DNA of 64,000 nucleotides from Acetatifactor sp. GTDB taxonomy: Bacteria > Bacillota > Clostridia > Lachnospirales > Lachnospiraceae. Both the position numbers and the translations under genes were made by a program. This document shows positions 30,729-41,309 of the stretch, piece by piece; the first letter of the stretch is position 1; each line of letters opens with the position of its first letter. The notes below the pieces were generated by a model. The model was not told where the DNA came from and did not search any database. It saw only the letters and a program-made list of their open reading frames with translations. The stretch spans positions 23,845 to 87,844 of the forward strand of contig JAFLRM010000002.1 of assembly GCA_022511465.1 (NCBI GenBank). Direction: 5' to 3'.

Positions 30729-31944
30729 TCGTTTCGCTCTCTCCTATGTCAGGTATTGTGGTGTCCACACTTCTGCCCACCCGCTCCTGCACCAGAAACT
30801 CCCCGTACAGCATCCATTCACCACCACTTGTATCTATTCTAACATCTTTTTCAATAATTTGTACCCCTTTTTCCTCTAAAGTTGAAAGAAATATGGTTAA
30901 ATTTTCATTAAGAAGTGTCTCCGCCTCCTCCAAAGAGTATTCATATTCCACGTTTTGGTACTCTCTGTAAGTGTAGCTGCCCCAGTAAGCAGGGATGGAA
31001 AGGCGCTCGAAAATAAGAGGCCTGCTCTGCCGGATCACACTGTCATAGACCAGGAAAGGCCGCTCCATTGGCATTCTCCATTCCTTGTCACCCACCCGTA
31101 AAAAAAAGCGTGAACGGGTTCGCCCTGTGTACTTTTTCTTCACATAGTTAAAGGGAAGCGTTATGGTCTCCGTCCGCATATGTTCAATCACAATATCCGC
31201 ATCCGCTTCCACCAGCTGATATTCCCGGATTGTCGTATCGTCATTGTAGATGGGCACAAGCCCCTCCACCAAAACGGTTCCCTCCTCCACCGTGTCTCCG
31301 ATCGCAACCATTGGGATGCCGCTTCGCACGATCATGGACACAACTATGCCGTTGTATTCCGCAACCAGATTTGTACCTTCCGCCTTCTTCGTCTCCTCCA
31401 CGGTGATAGGTGCATCATTCTCCTTGATATCAATCTGAAGCCTCGTGCCGGACAACTTGGCGGATGTCCATGTAACCTGTGGAAATTTTCTGCGAATTGC
31501 TTTTTCCAGTTCCTCAATATTTAGTTCACTCTGCTGCATGCCGATCCGAACATTTTCCGCCATCAGAAATTCGTTGAAAGCGTCTTCCGTGATCTGATAG
31601 TTGCCCTCCAGATCAATATCCCAGATGTAGAGAGAAGACCACACCCAGAAGAGAACAGCCAAGACGGATCCAACGAGAAAAACTTTCCGGTGCTTTAACG
31701 TTGGTATAAAAAAGGGTAGTCCATATCTCTGCAATATGGCTACCCTTGTGCCTGTCTTTTTTACAATGGGGCGCAGCTTATAGAAGCTGCTAAGAGAGAT
31801 GCTCATATAATAAGCATCACCGTCACGCACAATATCCCACAAGAGGATGTCCCTGTTGCTGCACAAGTTCATAAACCGCTCCGGTGAGAACCCCCAGACC
31901 CTTATCCTAAGGTAACCTCTCAGATACCGCAATATACCTATCAT
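30721..31944 (-). CDS. yqfD: Sporulation protein YqfD (SpoIV family)
   Basis: GYLRIRV.G.SPERFMNLC, IWDI, W.SAK..GT.L.I, GTVLVEG; follows yqfC. Confidence 0.9.
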   Translation of the reverse strand: MIGILRYLRGYLRIRVWGFSPERFMNLCSNRDILLWDIVRDGDAYYMSISLSSFYKLRPIVKKTGTRVAILQRYGLPFFIPTLKHRKVFLVGSVLAVLFWVWSSLYIWDIDLEGNYQITEDAFNEFLMAENVRIGMQQSELNIEELEKAIRRKFPQVTWTSAKLSGTRLQIDIKENDAPITVEETKKAEGTNLVAEYNGIVVSMIVRSGIPMVAIGDTVEEGTVLVEGLVPIYNDDTTIREYQLVEADADIVIEHMRTETITLPFNYVKKKYTGRTRSRFFLRVGDKEWRMPMERPFLVYDSVIRQSRPLIFERLSIPAYWGSYTYREYQNVEYEYSLEEAETLLNENLTIFLSTLEEKGVQIIEKDVRIDTSGGEWMLYGEFLVQERVGRSVDTTIPDIGESETNE

Positions 31945-31977
31945 GTACTAGCTCTCCTTTATGTCACGACTGCTTCT

Positions 31978-32256
31978 CTAAAGGTATCTGACGCAGGCGA
32001 TAGTGCCGCTGATCTTCATATCCTCATTGGTATAATAGTCGATGGACAGCCGATTCCCCTCGAAGCAGACCTGACAGGTCTTGCCCTGAAGAAGGATCAC
32101 GTTTTCCGTATATTCCAGTATGCCTTTGTAATTCTCGATCCAGGCCTCCGCATTGCCCGTCAAGGTCACGCGAAGCGCCCCCAGACAGACATCTTTGGGA
32201 AGCTTTAAGGAATCGATAAACTGTTCCTTTTTAGGAGTTTTTTGGTTTTTCTTCAT
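31978..32256 (-). CDS. yqfC: YqfC/YabP family sporulation protein
   Basis: L.LPKDV, IENYKGILEY, G..L.IDYY..EDMKISG.I. Confidence 0.9.
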   Translation of the reverse strand: MKKNQKTPKKEQFIDSLKLPKDVCLGALRVTLTGNAEAWIENYKGILEYTENVILLQGKTCQVCFEGNRLSIDYYTNEDMKISGTIACVRYL

Positions 32257-32261
32257 GGTAA

Positions 32262-32290
32262 AATATATGGATGTTTTTTTAGTAATATGA
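32262..32290 (-). promoter_or_regulatory. Sigma-E type mother-cell promoter of yqfCD
   Basis: TCATATT-N14-CATATATT, close match to the Bacillus sigma-E consensus; yqfCD is sigma-E dependent in B. subtilis. Confidence 0.7.
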
Positions 32291-32398
32291 GTTACAGTTT
32301 GTACAATTATTATCCTTGACTTGCCTGCTCGATTTGTAGATAATACCTATTAGTTGATAAAGAATATCAGGTAGACGAATTGATAAGGTGATGAAATT

Positions 32399-32902
32399 AT
32401 GGAGATTACTTTTCGATTGGGAACTATGGAGGATCTCGACGAGATTTTTCAAATTTTTCAGCGGGCAATAAAACGCATGGACGAACATAATATTCCGCAG
32501 TGGGATGATATATATCCCGATAAAGAAACGTTTAGACAGGACATTATAAAGCAGGAACTGCACGTTGGGGTTATCGCTTCTGACGAGATCGTCTCAGTCT
32601 ATGTAGTCAATCAGGAATGTGATCCGCAATATCAAATGGGCAGCTGGAGCTGCCCATTCACTTCCTGCCGCATCATACATAGACTCTGCGTCAATCCCGC
32701 CTTTCAAAACCGCGGTGTCGGCAGACAGACCATGGAACACCTTGAGAGGGAATTATATTCTCAGGGAGTCCGCTCCATCCGTCTGGACGCATTTATGCAA
32801 AACCCCTATTCTCTTCGTATGTACTATTCTCTATCGTATCGCATTGTAGGTTATACCCAGTGGAGAAAGGGACGGTTTTGCCTACTGGAGAAGAAACTGT
32901 AG
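32399..32902 (+). CDS. GNAT family N-acetyltransferase
   Basis: QWDDIYP, IHRLCVNPAFQNRGVG acetyl-CoA motif, IRLDAF, LRMYYSLSY. Confidence 0.88.
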   Translation: MEITFRLGTMEDLDEIFQIFQRAIKRMDEHNIPQWDDIYPDKETFRQDIIKQELHVGVIASDEIVSVYVVNQECDPQYQMGSWSCPFTSCRIIHRLCVNPAFQNRGVGRQTMEHLERELYSQGVRSIRLDAFMQNPYSLRMYYSLSYRIVGYTQWRKGRFCLLEKKL

Positions 32903-33538
32903 TTCCTCCGCCGTGTCCACAATCCGATCTGCTCCTTGGCTTCGCAAAAACACCTTCTCGCGAAAACCCCAGCTCACGATCACACAGTCCATCCCCGCAT
33001 TTCGTGCCATAGCAATATCCACCTCCGAATCTCCGATGTAAACAGCCTTATCCCGCGGGACAGCAAGCGTTTCCAAAATTGCATCCACCATGTCCGGCGC
33101 GGGCTTTTTTGCGATGCTTTCCCTCTCGCCGACCGCAGCGTCAAATAACCCCTCAAAGTATTGATGACAGAGATCATGCACGGCAGCATCCGCCTTGTTA
33201 GAGACCACCGCTGTCTTCTTTCCATGCTGTCGCAAATTTTTTATCAAACTGACAATGCCGTCATATGGTTTTGTCTTGTCTGCACAATGTTCCCGGTAAT
33301 ACTTCAGATGTTCTCGATAAATCTGATTTCTTGTCTCCTCCGGCACATCTTCCGGAGCCGCCCTCTCAATCAACTTTTTCAAGCCGTTTCCCACAAAGCT
33401 TTTGACCTCATCCAGGGTACGGACTGGATACCCAAATAGTTCTAACACATGATTCAAACTGTCTGCCAAATCCTCAAGCATGTTTAATATCGTCCCGTCC
33501 ATATCAAAGATCACAAGCTCATATTTTGCAGGGTTCAT
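32882..33538 (-). CDS. HAD-superfamily phosphatase (Gph-like)
   Basis: [25 protein letters not shown]. Confidence 0.92.
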   Translation of the reverse strand: MNPAKYELVIFDMDGTILNMLEDLADSLNHVLELFGYPVRTLDEVKSFVGNGLKKLIERAAPEDVPEETRNQIYREHLKYYREHCADKTKPYDGIVSLIKNLRQHGKKTAVVSNKADAAVHDLCHQYFEGLFDAAVGERESIAKKPAPDMVDAILETLAVPRDKAVYIGDSEVDIAMARNAGMDCVIVSWGFREKVFLRSQGADRIVDTAEELQFLLQ

Positions 33539-34848
33539 CGGATAACCCCCTTGATAAACAGTCTTTCTTCCGGCACTGTACTCTCAATGGCATAGGCTTT
33601 TAAGAAACGTTCTTTCGCCTGTGCAAGCTTCTCTCTGTCATTTGCATGCAGGTACGCAAGCGGCTCTCCTTTCTTTACCGCATCGCCCACCTTTTTTTCA
33701 AGCACAAGTCCCACCGCAAGATCGATCTCACTCTCCTTGGTCTCCCGTCCTCCACCCAGTATCAGGGAACAAACACCGATCTCATCACAGGCGATATGGG
33801 ACACATACCCGTCCACGGGAGAGACAACCGGCTCCACGACAGACGCCTTCGGCAGAAGACTCGTGTCGTAAACGGCTCTTTCATCTCCGCCCTGAGCTCT
33901 CACAAAAGCAGCCAGCTTATCTAATGCACTGTTGTCCTTGATCACTGCCAAAAGCTTCTCTCTTGCCTCCGCATCCTCCTTAGCCAGTCCTCCAGCCACA
34001 AGCATCCGGCTTCCCAATGCAAGACACAGCTCCACAAAGTCGGCCGGACCGTTTCCCTTAAGAGTTTCAATAGCCTCGATCACTTCCAACGCATTTCCCA
34101 CTGCATAGCCCAAAGGCTGATTCATGTCGGAGATGACTGCTGAGGTATTTCTTCCGGCATTTTTGCCAATCTTGACCATCTCTTTAGCCAGTGCAAAGGC
34201 ATCTTCTTCCGCCTTCATAAAAGCACCGCTTCCGGTCTTAACATCCAGCACGATTGCATCTGCACCGGCGGCCAGCTTCTTGCTCATAATGGAACTTGCG
34301 ATCAGAGACATATTATCCACGGTGGCAGTCACATCCCGGAGAGCATACAGCTTTTTGTCTGCAGGGGCCAGATCCGCCGTCTGCCCCATGATAGCGATAC
34401 CGATCTCGTTCACATTGTGAATAAACTGCTCCGTGGTAAGGGCCGTGGTAAAACCGGGAAAGCTCTCCAGCTTGTCGATGGTGCCTCCCGTGTGGCCCAA
34501 TCCTCTTCCGCTCATCTTGGCCACCGGAACGCCGCAAGCCGCCACCATCGGTGTCAGTGCCAGAGATGTCTTGTCTCCCACACCGCCGGTACTGTGTTTA
34601 TCCACTTTCACTCCTTTGATCGCTGACAATTCCAGCAGATCTCCGCTCTCCGCCATGGCCATGGTCAAAGTGCAGGTCTCCGCCTCCGTCATCTTTTGAA
34701 AATAGATCGCCATCATCAGGGCTGACACCTGATAGTCCGGAATCTCCCCTTTCGTGTATCCCTGAACAAAAAAGCGAATCTCCTCCTCCGAAAGTTCTCC
34801 GCCGTTTCTCTTTTTCATAATGATATCGTACATTCTCATAGCCAGCAC
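33535..34848 (-). CDS. pdp: Pyrimidine-nucleoside phosphorylase
   Basis: [53 protein letters not shown]. Confidence 0.96.
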   Translation of the reverse strand: MLAMRMYDIIMKKRNGGELSEEEIRFFVQGYTKGEIPDYQVSALMMAIYFQKMTEAETCTLTMAMAESGDLLELSAIKGVKVDKHSTGGVGDKTSLALTPMVAACGVPVAKMSGRGLGHTGGTIDKLESFPGFTTALTTEQFIHNVNEIGIAIMGQTADLAPADKKLYALRDVTATVDNMSLIASSIMSKKLAAGADAIVLDVKTGSGAFMKAEEDAFALAKEMVKIGKNAGRNTSAVISDMNQPLGYAVGNALEVIEAIETLKGNGPADFVELCLALGSRMLVAGGLAKEDAEAREKLLAVIKDNSALDKLAAFVRAQGGDERAVYDTSLLPKASVVEPVVSPVDGYVSHIACDEIGVCSLILGGGRETKESEIDLAVGLVLEKKVGDAVKKGEPLAYLHANDREKLAQAKERFLKAYAIESTVPEERLFIKGVIR

Positions 34849-34884
34849 CTCCTGCTTATTGTCTACAGTATACCATACCCTTCC

Positions 34885-34913
34885 TTGACTTTCCAGATGG
34901 CACGTTATAAGAT
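34885..34913 (+). promoter_or_regulatory. Sigma-A type promoter for 308-aa hypothetical gene
   Basis: TTGACT-N17-TAAGAT. Confidence 0.55.
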
Positions 34914-34958
34914 GAGATTAGGAAACTTTTTATTCTACAAGGATGTGGAGGAACAAAT

Positions 34959-35885
34959 ATGTCTTTTTTTAACAAAATGTTTGGAAGTAAAGAAAAGAAG
35001 CTGGAGGAGCTTTTGGCCTCCCTGAAGGAATCCCAGAAAAAGAAAGATTTCGTGGCTGTCTGCAAGCTTTACTATGAGATTGGGGGAAGATACCGCAGTG
35101 AAGGTAATCACCTGAAAGCAAGACTCTATCTGAACCGCTTTGACACTCTTGCCGGCAGTCAGGATGATATTTATGCAAAGATCAATGAAAAGTGGATGGA
35201 CACTGCTTCCGAGTGGATAGACGAGTACGACGAGGATGAATCCTTCTACATAAACCAGATGCGGGATCATGTGGAGGAGCTTTCCGCCTCCTTAAACGGC
35301 CGCCAAAAGATTCAGTGGAACCTTCTCACTATGGCGCGATTTGACACCCTGTTTCAGAGAATGTCCACACTGCCCGGATTGGACTTTCTCGCTAAGTACA
35401 AGAAAGCCCTGACTATCTATTCCCAGAATCTTTACCGCGCCATCGACCAGTCGGAGTACGAAATGATCAGCGATTTTTTGAAGGACTTCTACCCTTTCAC
35501 CGACTCTCTGGCGTTAGCAGACACAGGAAACCGTCTGCCCATGGCAAGCAGCGCCGCCTTTGAATGTTACGACCTGATCGGCGGCGACACTCTGTTAAAT
35601 ATCTACAATTTACTGGCCGATCTGACAGAACTGACGGAGTTAAAAAGGGATGCTTATCAGGTGCGCACAGACGTTGTGACCAACACGCTCCTCGCCGACT
35701 ATTACATACGCACCATGGAAGGTGACATTCGCAATGTGCCCGCTGTGAAAGCCGAGGAAAAACGCATTTTGGACGACTATCGCTTTGTGTCGGGAAGTCC
35801 TGACAAAGAGCAGTTCTTTGAGCGTTTTGACAAATACCGCAGGCTTTCTCTGCCCGCGTTCGTCACCCCTGCCCGGGAAATGTAA
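34959..35885 (+). CDS. Hypothetical alpha-helical protein, possible single TPR-like repeat at N-terminus
   Basis: Own promoter, GGAGG RBS, 308-aa ORF; YYEIGGRY...KARLYL resembles a TPR; no family recognised. Confidence 0.7.
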   Translation: MSFFNKMFGSKEKKLEELLASLKESQKKKDFVAVCKLYYEIGGRYRSEGNHLKARLYLNRFDTLAGSQDDIYAKINEKWMDTASEWIDEYDEDESFYINQMRDHVEELSASLNGRQKIQWNLLTMARFDTLFQRMSTLPGLDFLAKYKKALTIYSQNLYRAIDQSEYEMISDFLKDFYPFTDSLALADTGNRLPMASSAAFECYDLIGGDTLLNIYNLLADLTELTELKRDAYQVRTDVVTNTLLADYYIRTMEGDIRNVPAVKAEEKRILDDYRFVSGSPDKEQFFERFDKYRRLSLPAFVTPAREM

Positions 35886-36759
35886 GGGTGATACACAATC
35901 TCTCCTCCTCATAGTGTGCCGTGATCGTTCCTCCCAGCTCCTCCGTCAGACTCTTTGCGATAGAGAGGCCCAATCCGGTGGACTTTCGGCTATTCTCCAC
36001 CGTGTAGAAACGGTCGAACAACCGCTCCACCGACACAGCATCCAGCCCCGAAGCCCTGTTTGCAAAGACGATCACACCATCCTCCCCCATGATGATCTGC
36101 AGATCGCCATCACTGTATTTTACGGCATTTGCAATGATATTTTCAAAGATGCGGGACAAGAGTTTCCCGCTGCTTCTGCGTGTGACAGGACGCTTTGGCA
36201 GTAAAATCTCCGGCGTGATCCCAGCCTCTGTAAGCGCCGCATAGCTGGCCGCAACACTCTCTTCCAGCACCTTGTTTACCACCACTTCCTCACAAACTTT
36301 TTCCTCATTTTTAGCAGTAAGAATAGTATACCGGAACAATTCTTCCGTCATCTGCTTTAAATGCTCCGTCCGGTTTCGTATGATTGAAAGATATCGGAGC
36401 GTCTCCCCATCTTTCTCTCCGGCTTCCAAAAGCTCCAGATAACCGCTGATGGCGGTGAGAGGTGTGCGGAGATCATGGGAGACATTGGTGATCGCCTCCC
36501 GCAATTCTCTGTCTCCCTGCTCATACCGCTGACGTATGTCGCGCAGTTTCCGAAGCTGTACATTAATGTCATTCGCCAGTTCCCGCACCGCGCGATCATG
36601 TCCGGATATGGTGATGAGCGTGTTGGTCTCACCGCGCAGTCTATCCGCAAACCGCTCTCTGATCTCCTGTATGGACTGTCGTATTAATATGATTTTAACT
36701 GACAGTATTGTCAGAATCATTCCTAAACACCCGATCACCAGCCACAATATTTCCTCCAT
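35863..36759 (-). CDS. Sensor histidine kinase (single N-terminal TM)
   Basis: NVSHDLRTPLT H-box, ENIIANAVKYS N-box, LFDRFYT, STGLGLSI. Confidence 0.93.
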   Translation of the reverse strand: MEEILWLVIGCLGMILTILSVKIILIRQSIQEIRERFADRLRGETNTLITISGHDRAVRELANDINVQLRKLRDIRQRYEQGDRELREAITNVSHDLRTPLTAISGYLELLEAGEKDGETLRYLSIIRNRTEHLKQMTEELFRYTILTAKNEEKVCEEVVVNKVLEESVAASYAALTEAGITPEILLPKRPVTRRSSGKLLSRIFENIIANAVKYSDGDLQIIMGEDGVIVFANRASGLDAVSVERLFDRFYTVENSRKSTGLGLSIAKSLTEELGGTITAHYEEERLCITLTFPGQG

Positions 36760-36850
36760 ACAAATCTTTCTCCCTATTCATCCTCGCTGCAGACATACCG
36801 TCAGATTCTCCGCCGTAAAGTTCCCGTCAACGTCTTTGTATCGCTGCTTC

Positions 36851-37726
36851 TTATCGGATATCCTTCTTCCGAAAAAGGAAAACCCCGATTCCCGTGGTCG
36901 CCACCGTCACCCCAAGAGCAAAAGCAGGCCACCTCTCTATGCGCGCAAGCTCCACACTGGCGAGCTGTATCCCCTGTCCGACGGGAAAGATGTCCTCCAC
37001 AAATTCCATTGCTGCCCGCTCGGCGGGATTCCAGACATAATTAGGGTTGGGAGTTTTGTTCTCTATAACTTCCCCTTCTTCGCTTATCCTCCACCTCGAA
37101 TGCAGATACTCCTTCTCCCCCAACCGGGAGTCTATCCACATTCCCAAAAAAAGCATCAAAAAGAAAATTACCAGGTTGATGACAAGCGCACTCTTCCCCT
37201 GCTGCATCCATGCGACAGTAGACAGAGCGATTCCCGAGCAGGCGACGGCAATCAATACGCTTGCAAAAACCATCCGCAGTAAGATCCAAACTCCGATTCC
37301 CAATTCAGACCCCCAAACCAAGTCAATCAGCGCACTCACCGCGATTGTCACAATGCACAGAAATACAGCTGCCACCGTGCAGACAATCGTCTCTGCCAGA
37401 TATATGGAGGTTCTGTTGTGACCTGCGATCACCTTGTTGCGCATGGTTCCGTCCTCATATTCCGTCCCCATATAAAGGCTTACAAACACAGAGATCACAA
37501 AGCCAAAATAGGGCATGATCATAAAGACAACATCCTCCAGATCCATATATTTTATATATGTCACCGTTTCCTCGAATCTCCCGGTCTCGTCCGACGTGAC
37601 ACTGGAACTCGTCATCACATTGGCATTGAAAGCCATGATCTCCATGAACACTAAAAAGATCAAACACCACCAAAATATCTTGCTTTTCCAAAGTCTCACA
37701 AATCCTGCGCGAAGTAATCTACTCAT
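36851..37726 (-). CDS. ABC-2 type transporter permease
   Basis: MSRLLRAGFVRL.KS, EYEDGTMRNKVIAGHNR..IYLA, multiple TMs, FRKKDIR end. Confidence 0.85.
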   Translation of the reverse strand: MSRLLRAGFVRLWKSKIFWWCLIFLVFMEIMAFNANVMTSSSVTSDETGRFEETVTYIKYMDLEDVVFMIMPYFGFVISVFVSLYMGTEYEDGTMRNKVIAGHNRTSIYLAETIVCTVAAVFLCIVTIAVSALIDLVWGSELGIGVWILLRMVFASVLIAVACSGIALSTVAWMQQGKSALVINLVIFFLMLFLGMWIDSRLGEKEYLHSRWRISEEGEVIENKTPNPNYVWNPAERAAMEFVEDIFPVGQGIQLASVELARIERWPAFALGVTVATTGIGVFLFRKKDIR

Positions 37727-38696
37727 TGTGCTCACCTCCCACCAGATTGATGTAATAGCTCTCAAGGCTCTCATCCCTGTTCTCCATGGAAAGAACCTGA
37801 CAGTTTGCTTCCGCCAGCGAAAGCACCAGCTCGCTAATTGCCACTTCACCGTAGACAGCAACCGACCCCTGTGCCGCAGCCATCCTCCGTGATACAGTCG
37901 TTTCACTATCATCTGCCCTTGTCCCACTACCCTCGGACACGATTTCATATTCCAGTCCTGCATCGATCAGCACAAGGCTTGCCGCCTCCACGTCGGACAC
38001 CTTAAGAATCACACTCTTCCTGCAGGCCGCTATAAGTTCCTTGGCACTGATCTCCTGCACCATATGCCCGTTGTGAATAAAACCGTAATGTGTTGCCAGA
38101 CGGGAAAGCTCGTCCAAAATATGGCTGGAAATCAATACCGTGATCTGCCGCTCTCTGTTCAGCTTTAGGATCAGCTCTCTTATCTCAATGATCCCCTGCG
38201 GATCCAGCCCGTTTGCCGGTTCATCCAGGATCAGGAAATCCGGATCGCCGCACAGTGCGATGGCAATCCCCAGACGCTGCTTCATTCCCAGCGAGAATTG
38301 CCTTGCCTTCTTCTTACCGGTATCTGCAAGTCCAACCAGTTTTAAAAGCTCCGGGATCTGATCGAAGGATGGAAGACCCAAAATTCGATACTGCTCCTTT
38401 AAATTTTCCTCCGCAGTCATGTCCAGGTAGATCGCTGGGGACTCCACAACCGCTCCCAGACGCTTTCTGGTGTCCAAAATCTCCCGCTCCCTATTGTGTA
38501 CGCCATACAGGGTGTAATCGCCCTCTGTGGGCTCCTGAAGGCCACAGACGACCCGTATCAGCGTTGTCTTGCCCGCACCGTTTTTGCCCACCAGACCGTA
38601 GATCGCGCCCTTGGGCACCCGCATATTAAGCCCGGACAATGCCGGAAAACGCCGATACCGCTTGCTCAGCGCATTTACCGTCAACACATACTCCAT
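37719..38696 (-). CDS. ABC transporter ATP-binding protein (BcrA/lantibiotic-immunity type)
   Basis: GKNGAGKTT, FSLGMKQRLG, ILDEPANGLDP, ISSH. Confidence 0.92.
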   Translation of the reverse strand: MEYVLTVNALSKRYRRFPALSGLNMRVPKGAIYGLVGKNGAGKTTLIRVVCGLQEPTEGDYTLYGVHNREREILDTRKRLGAVVESPAIYLDMTAEENLKEQYRILGLPSFDQIPELLKLVGLADTGKKKARQFSLGMKQRLGIAIALCGDPDFLILDEPANGLDPQGIIEIRELILKLNRERQITVLISSHILDELSRLATHYGFIHNGHMVQEISAKELIAACRKSVILKVSDVEAASLVLIDAGLEYEIVSEGSGTRADDSETTVSRRMAAAQGSVAVYGEVAISELVLSLAEANCQVLSMENRDESLESYYINLVGGEHNE

Positions 38697-38734
38697 GATA
38701 AAACCTCCTGTTTTCTTATGTTTACTGCTGTGAT

Positions 38735-38794
38735 ATTATGTTACCGAAAAAGAATAAGAAAATAGAAAAGAAAACAGTTAAGAAATGGTAAAGA
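38735..38794 (-). promoter_or_regulatory. Probable response-regulator-activated promoter of the ABC genes
   Basis: -10 CATAAT (38735-38740) without a good -35; TCTT-core repeats at 38791, 38780, 38768, 38756 (11-12 bp period). Confidence 0.45.
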
Positions 38795-38806
38795 TTACAG
38801 ATTGTA

Positions 38807-39475
38807 TTATTCCTTTGGATCGCGCAGCTTAAAACCGATTCCCCAGACGGCCTCGATATAGTCCCTGCCTGTGGGCTGCTTTAACTTCTTGCGCAGATTG
38901 CTGATGTGTACTTTCAGGGAACTCTCCCCGCCGTCCGGTGTGTCATAGCTGATCCGCTCTAAAAGAACCGACCGGGTGATGACCTGACTCGGATTCTGCA
39001 TCAGCAGCTTAAGAATAGCATACTCCGTCCTGGTCAGACGGATCCGCTCCCCTGAGGCAGTCACGCTGTACTCTCTCGTATCCATCACAAGATCCCCGAA
39101 AATGAGCACGTCTCCAGCAGGCGCTTTTTTGTTCCTAAGCTGCACCGCCACTCTGGCCAACAGCTCCTTCGTGTCAAAAGGCTTGGTGATATAGTCAGCT
39201 GCACCGCCAAACAAGAGCTTTACCTTATCCTCCACATCCGCTTTGGCGCTGACCACGATCACAGGTATGCCGGTGATCTGTGCCAACACTTCCTCGCCGT
39301 TTATCCCCGGGAGCATAAGGTCTAAGAGGATCAGGTCCGGTTTGCGCTCCTTTAAAAGAAGCAGGGCCTCCGTTCCGGAGTAGGCGCGGGACACACCGTA
39401 GCCCTGTCCCAAAAGCACCTCCTCCAGAAGGTTCCCTATGTAAATGTCATCATCTATGACCATGATATTGCTCAT
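38807..39475 (-). CDS. OmpR-family response regulator
   Basis: VIDDD, LLDLMLP, VVSAK, ADYITKPF, LTRTEY, VHISNLRKKL, VWGIGF. Confidence 0.94.
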   Translation of the reverse strand: MSNIMVIDDDIYIGNLLEEVLLGQGYGVSRAYSGTEALLLLKERKPDLILLDLMLPGINGEEVLAQITGIPVIVVSAKADVEDKVKLLFGGAADYITKPFDTKELLARVAVQLRNKKAPAGDVLIFGDLVMDTREYSVTASGERIRLTRTEYAILKLLMQNPSQVITRSVLLERISYDTPDGGESSLKVHISNLRKKLKQPTGRDYIEAVWGIGFKLRDPKE

Positions 39476-39495
39476 CGCATATCAACCTACTTTTC

Positions 39496-41253
39496 TCAGG
39501 ACTCTATCGTTGCCAGAGCGATCACCTTGCCGACCACAGACAGCGCCTGAATCTCGTTCTCCGACCAACGGCTTCTTCCGTTTTTCTTGGCAAACATTAT
39601 GTAGCCTCTGTATTTGCCCTCCTCCACGATCTTGTAGAAGAGCGCGGATTCAATCTGCTTTGCCTTCAACAATTCCTGCAATGAAGTATCCGCATTGCCC
39701 AGATTGTAGGTTCCGTTCATCACAAAGAGATTATCCTGGTCAAACATTGTCAGAAACTCTTCGCTTAACTGGACATAAGATATCTCTTTCTCCTCGGAGG
39801 TAAAACCATTCTCATTCCAGCTAAACATAAGAGGTCTGCCATACCCGATCAACTGAATCTCATCCAACCCAAATCCATACGCCACCTCCGTCACCAACAT
39901 CTCGTTGGTCACGTTCCGCTTGACCAGATAATGCTCCAGCATCCGCTGCAGGATACCGTTCTTATCCTGCTTAAGGTTGTCAACGACCTTTACTCCGTCC
40001 TCCGTCTGAGTAGTCACACCGTGGATCTCCGGACGGTAGATCACATAGCGGTTCTTGCCCTTCTCCTTCGCCCTATACAGCATCTCATCCGCCAACTGAA
40101 AAACTTTCTCATAGCAATCTCCGTGATCCGGATAGCATGCCGCGCCGATGGAACAAGTAAGGTTTACATCGTCCCTCTTTCCTTTGTAAAGCCACTCAAT
40201 ATTGGTCCGGATAGTTCGAAGAAGGTTGCGGATCTCTGTGTGCTCAGCAAGCTGATCGACAACGATAAACAGCTCATCTCCACCGATGCGCCCCACCATA
40301 CCACTGTTGCCAACCGCGTCCTTGATCACCTCCGCGGAAGCTGCCAGTACCTCGTCCCCAAACATGTGACCCAGCGTGTCGTTGATGATCTTAAAATTAT
40401 CCAAATCTATGATCCCAAGGAATACTTTCTTGTCGTCCTCCACCATACGGATCGCCCTCTTGGCATAGTCGATGATGGCTCTCTTATTCAGCACATCGAT
40501 GCCGGTATCCTTGGTGTAATCCACGCCCACTATGGCATTTTTGTTCTGATTCTGGCTGGTGGGGAGCATACAGCCGATCACCCGGCCGATCTTGCCCTTA
40601 CTTTTGATCCCCTGACATTTCACAGCGTACTGCTGATATTTGCCGTTGCCGGAAAAGTCCTTGATCTTAATCTCCTCCGACAGATTCTTGCCCTCCTTGA
40701 TGTCATCGCACATTTTCGTAAAAATAGCGACACCGGATGGCTTCACATTGCTCTTTACCCACTCTTGTTTGAACTGCTCTAAGGAGCCGTTGAACAGATC
40801 CATCCGTCTGTCCCGCTCCATCAGAAACAGCTCTATCTGCCCAATCTCCATATCGTATTCAATCAGAACTCCGCCCAGCATATTCAGATAGGCCATATAC
40901 TCATTGTTCCGATCTTTCATGCGCTTATTGTGCGCCTCTGTCTCGTTCACATCCATCAACTTGAGATTGATCAGTGTCCGGTTCTGAAATTCGAAGTCCT
41001 CCAGAGCCTCAGAGATCATAAACCAGCGATACTCTCCGTCGAACCTGCGCAGCCGCACTGCTATTACATTCTGCTCCATCTTCTTCTCCTGCAGATCCTG
41101 CAGTGAAGCGAGGAATTTTCCCACATCCTCCGGATGTACACAGTCTGAAATCGGCGCATACATATCCAACTTTACAAAATTATAAAAGGCATCATCCTCT
41201 TTAATTAAAAAGCACTGATCGTCAATTGTAGCCGTACCGCTGTGAAAACTCAT
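39496..41253 (-). CDS. PAS-GGDEF-GAF-like diguanylate cyclase
   Basis: VHPED..RRFDGEYRWF (PAS3-like); IDLDNFKIINDTLGH.FGD, GRIGGDEL, CSIG, ADEMLYRAKEKGKNRY. Confidence 0.88.
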   Translation of the reverse strand: MSFHSGTATIDDQCFLIKEDDAFYNFVKLDMYAPISDCVHPEDVGKFLASLQDLQEKKMEQNVIAVRLRRFDGEYRWFMISEALEDFEFQNRTLINLKLMDVNETEAHNKRMKDRNNEYMAYLNMLGGVLIEYDMEIGQIELFLMERDRRMDLFNGSLEQFKQEWVKSNVKPSGVAIFTKMCDDIKEGKNLSEEIKIKDFSGNGKYQQYAVKCQGIKSKGKIGRVIGCMLPTSQNQNKNAIVGVDYTKDTGIDVLNKRAIIDYAKRAIRMVEDDKKVFLGIIDLDNFKIINDTLGHMFGDEVLAASAEVIKDAVGNSGMVGRIGGDELFIVVDQLAEHTEIRNLLRTIRTNIEWLYKGKRDDVNLTCSIGAACYPDHGDCYEKVFQLADEMLYRAKEKGKNRYVIYRPEIHGVTTQTEDGVKVVDNLKQDKNGILQRMLEHYLVKRNVTNEMLVTEVAYGFGLDEIQLIGYGRPLMFSWNENGFTSEEKEISYVQLSEEFLTMFDQDNLFVMNGTYNLGNADTSLQELLKAKQIESALFYKIVEEGKYRGYIMFAKKNGRSRWSENEIQALSVVGKVIALATIES

Positions 41254-41309
41254 TGTCTCTTCCTCTCTTCGTTGGATTTCTGGCAAAAACACTGTGCTGA
41301 CTCTTTTAT

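Noticed and set aside
39931-40782. 283-aa antisense ORF inside the DGC; similar ones at 61067-62032, 62251-63159 and 52789-53541
   Set aside because: Same in-register antisense shadow effect over well-supported minus-strand genes.
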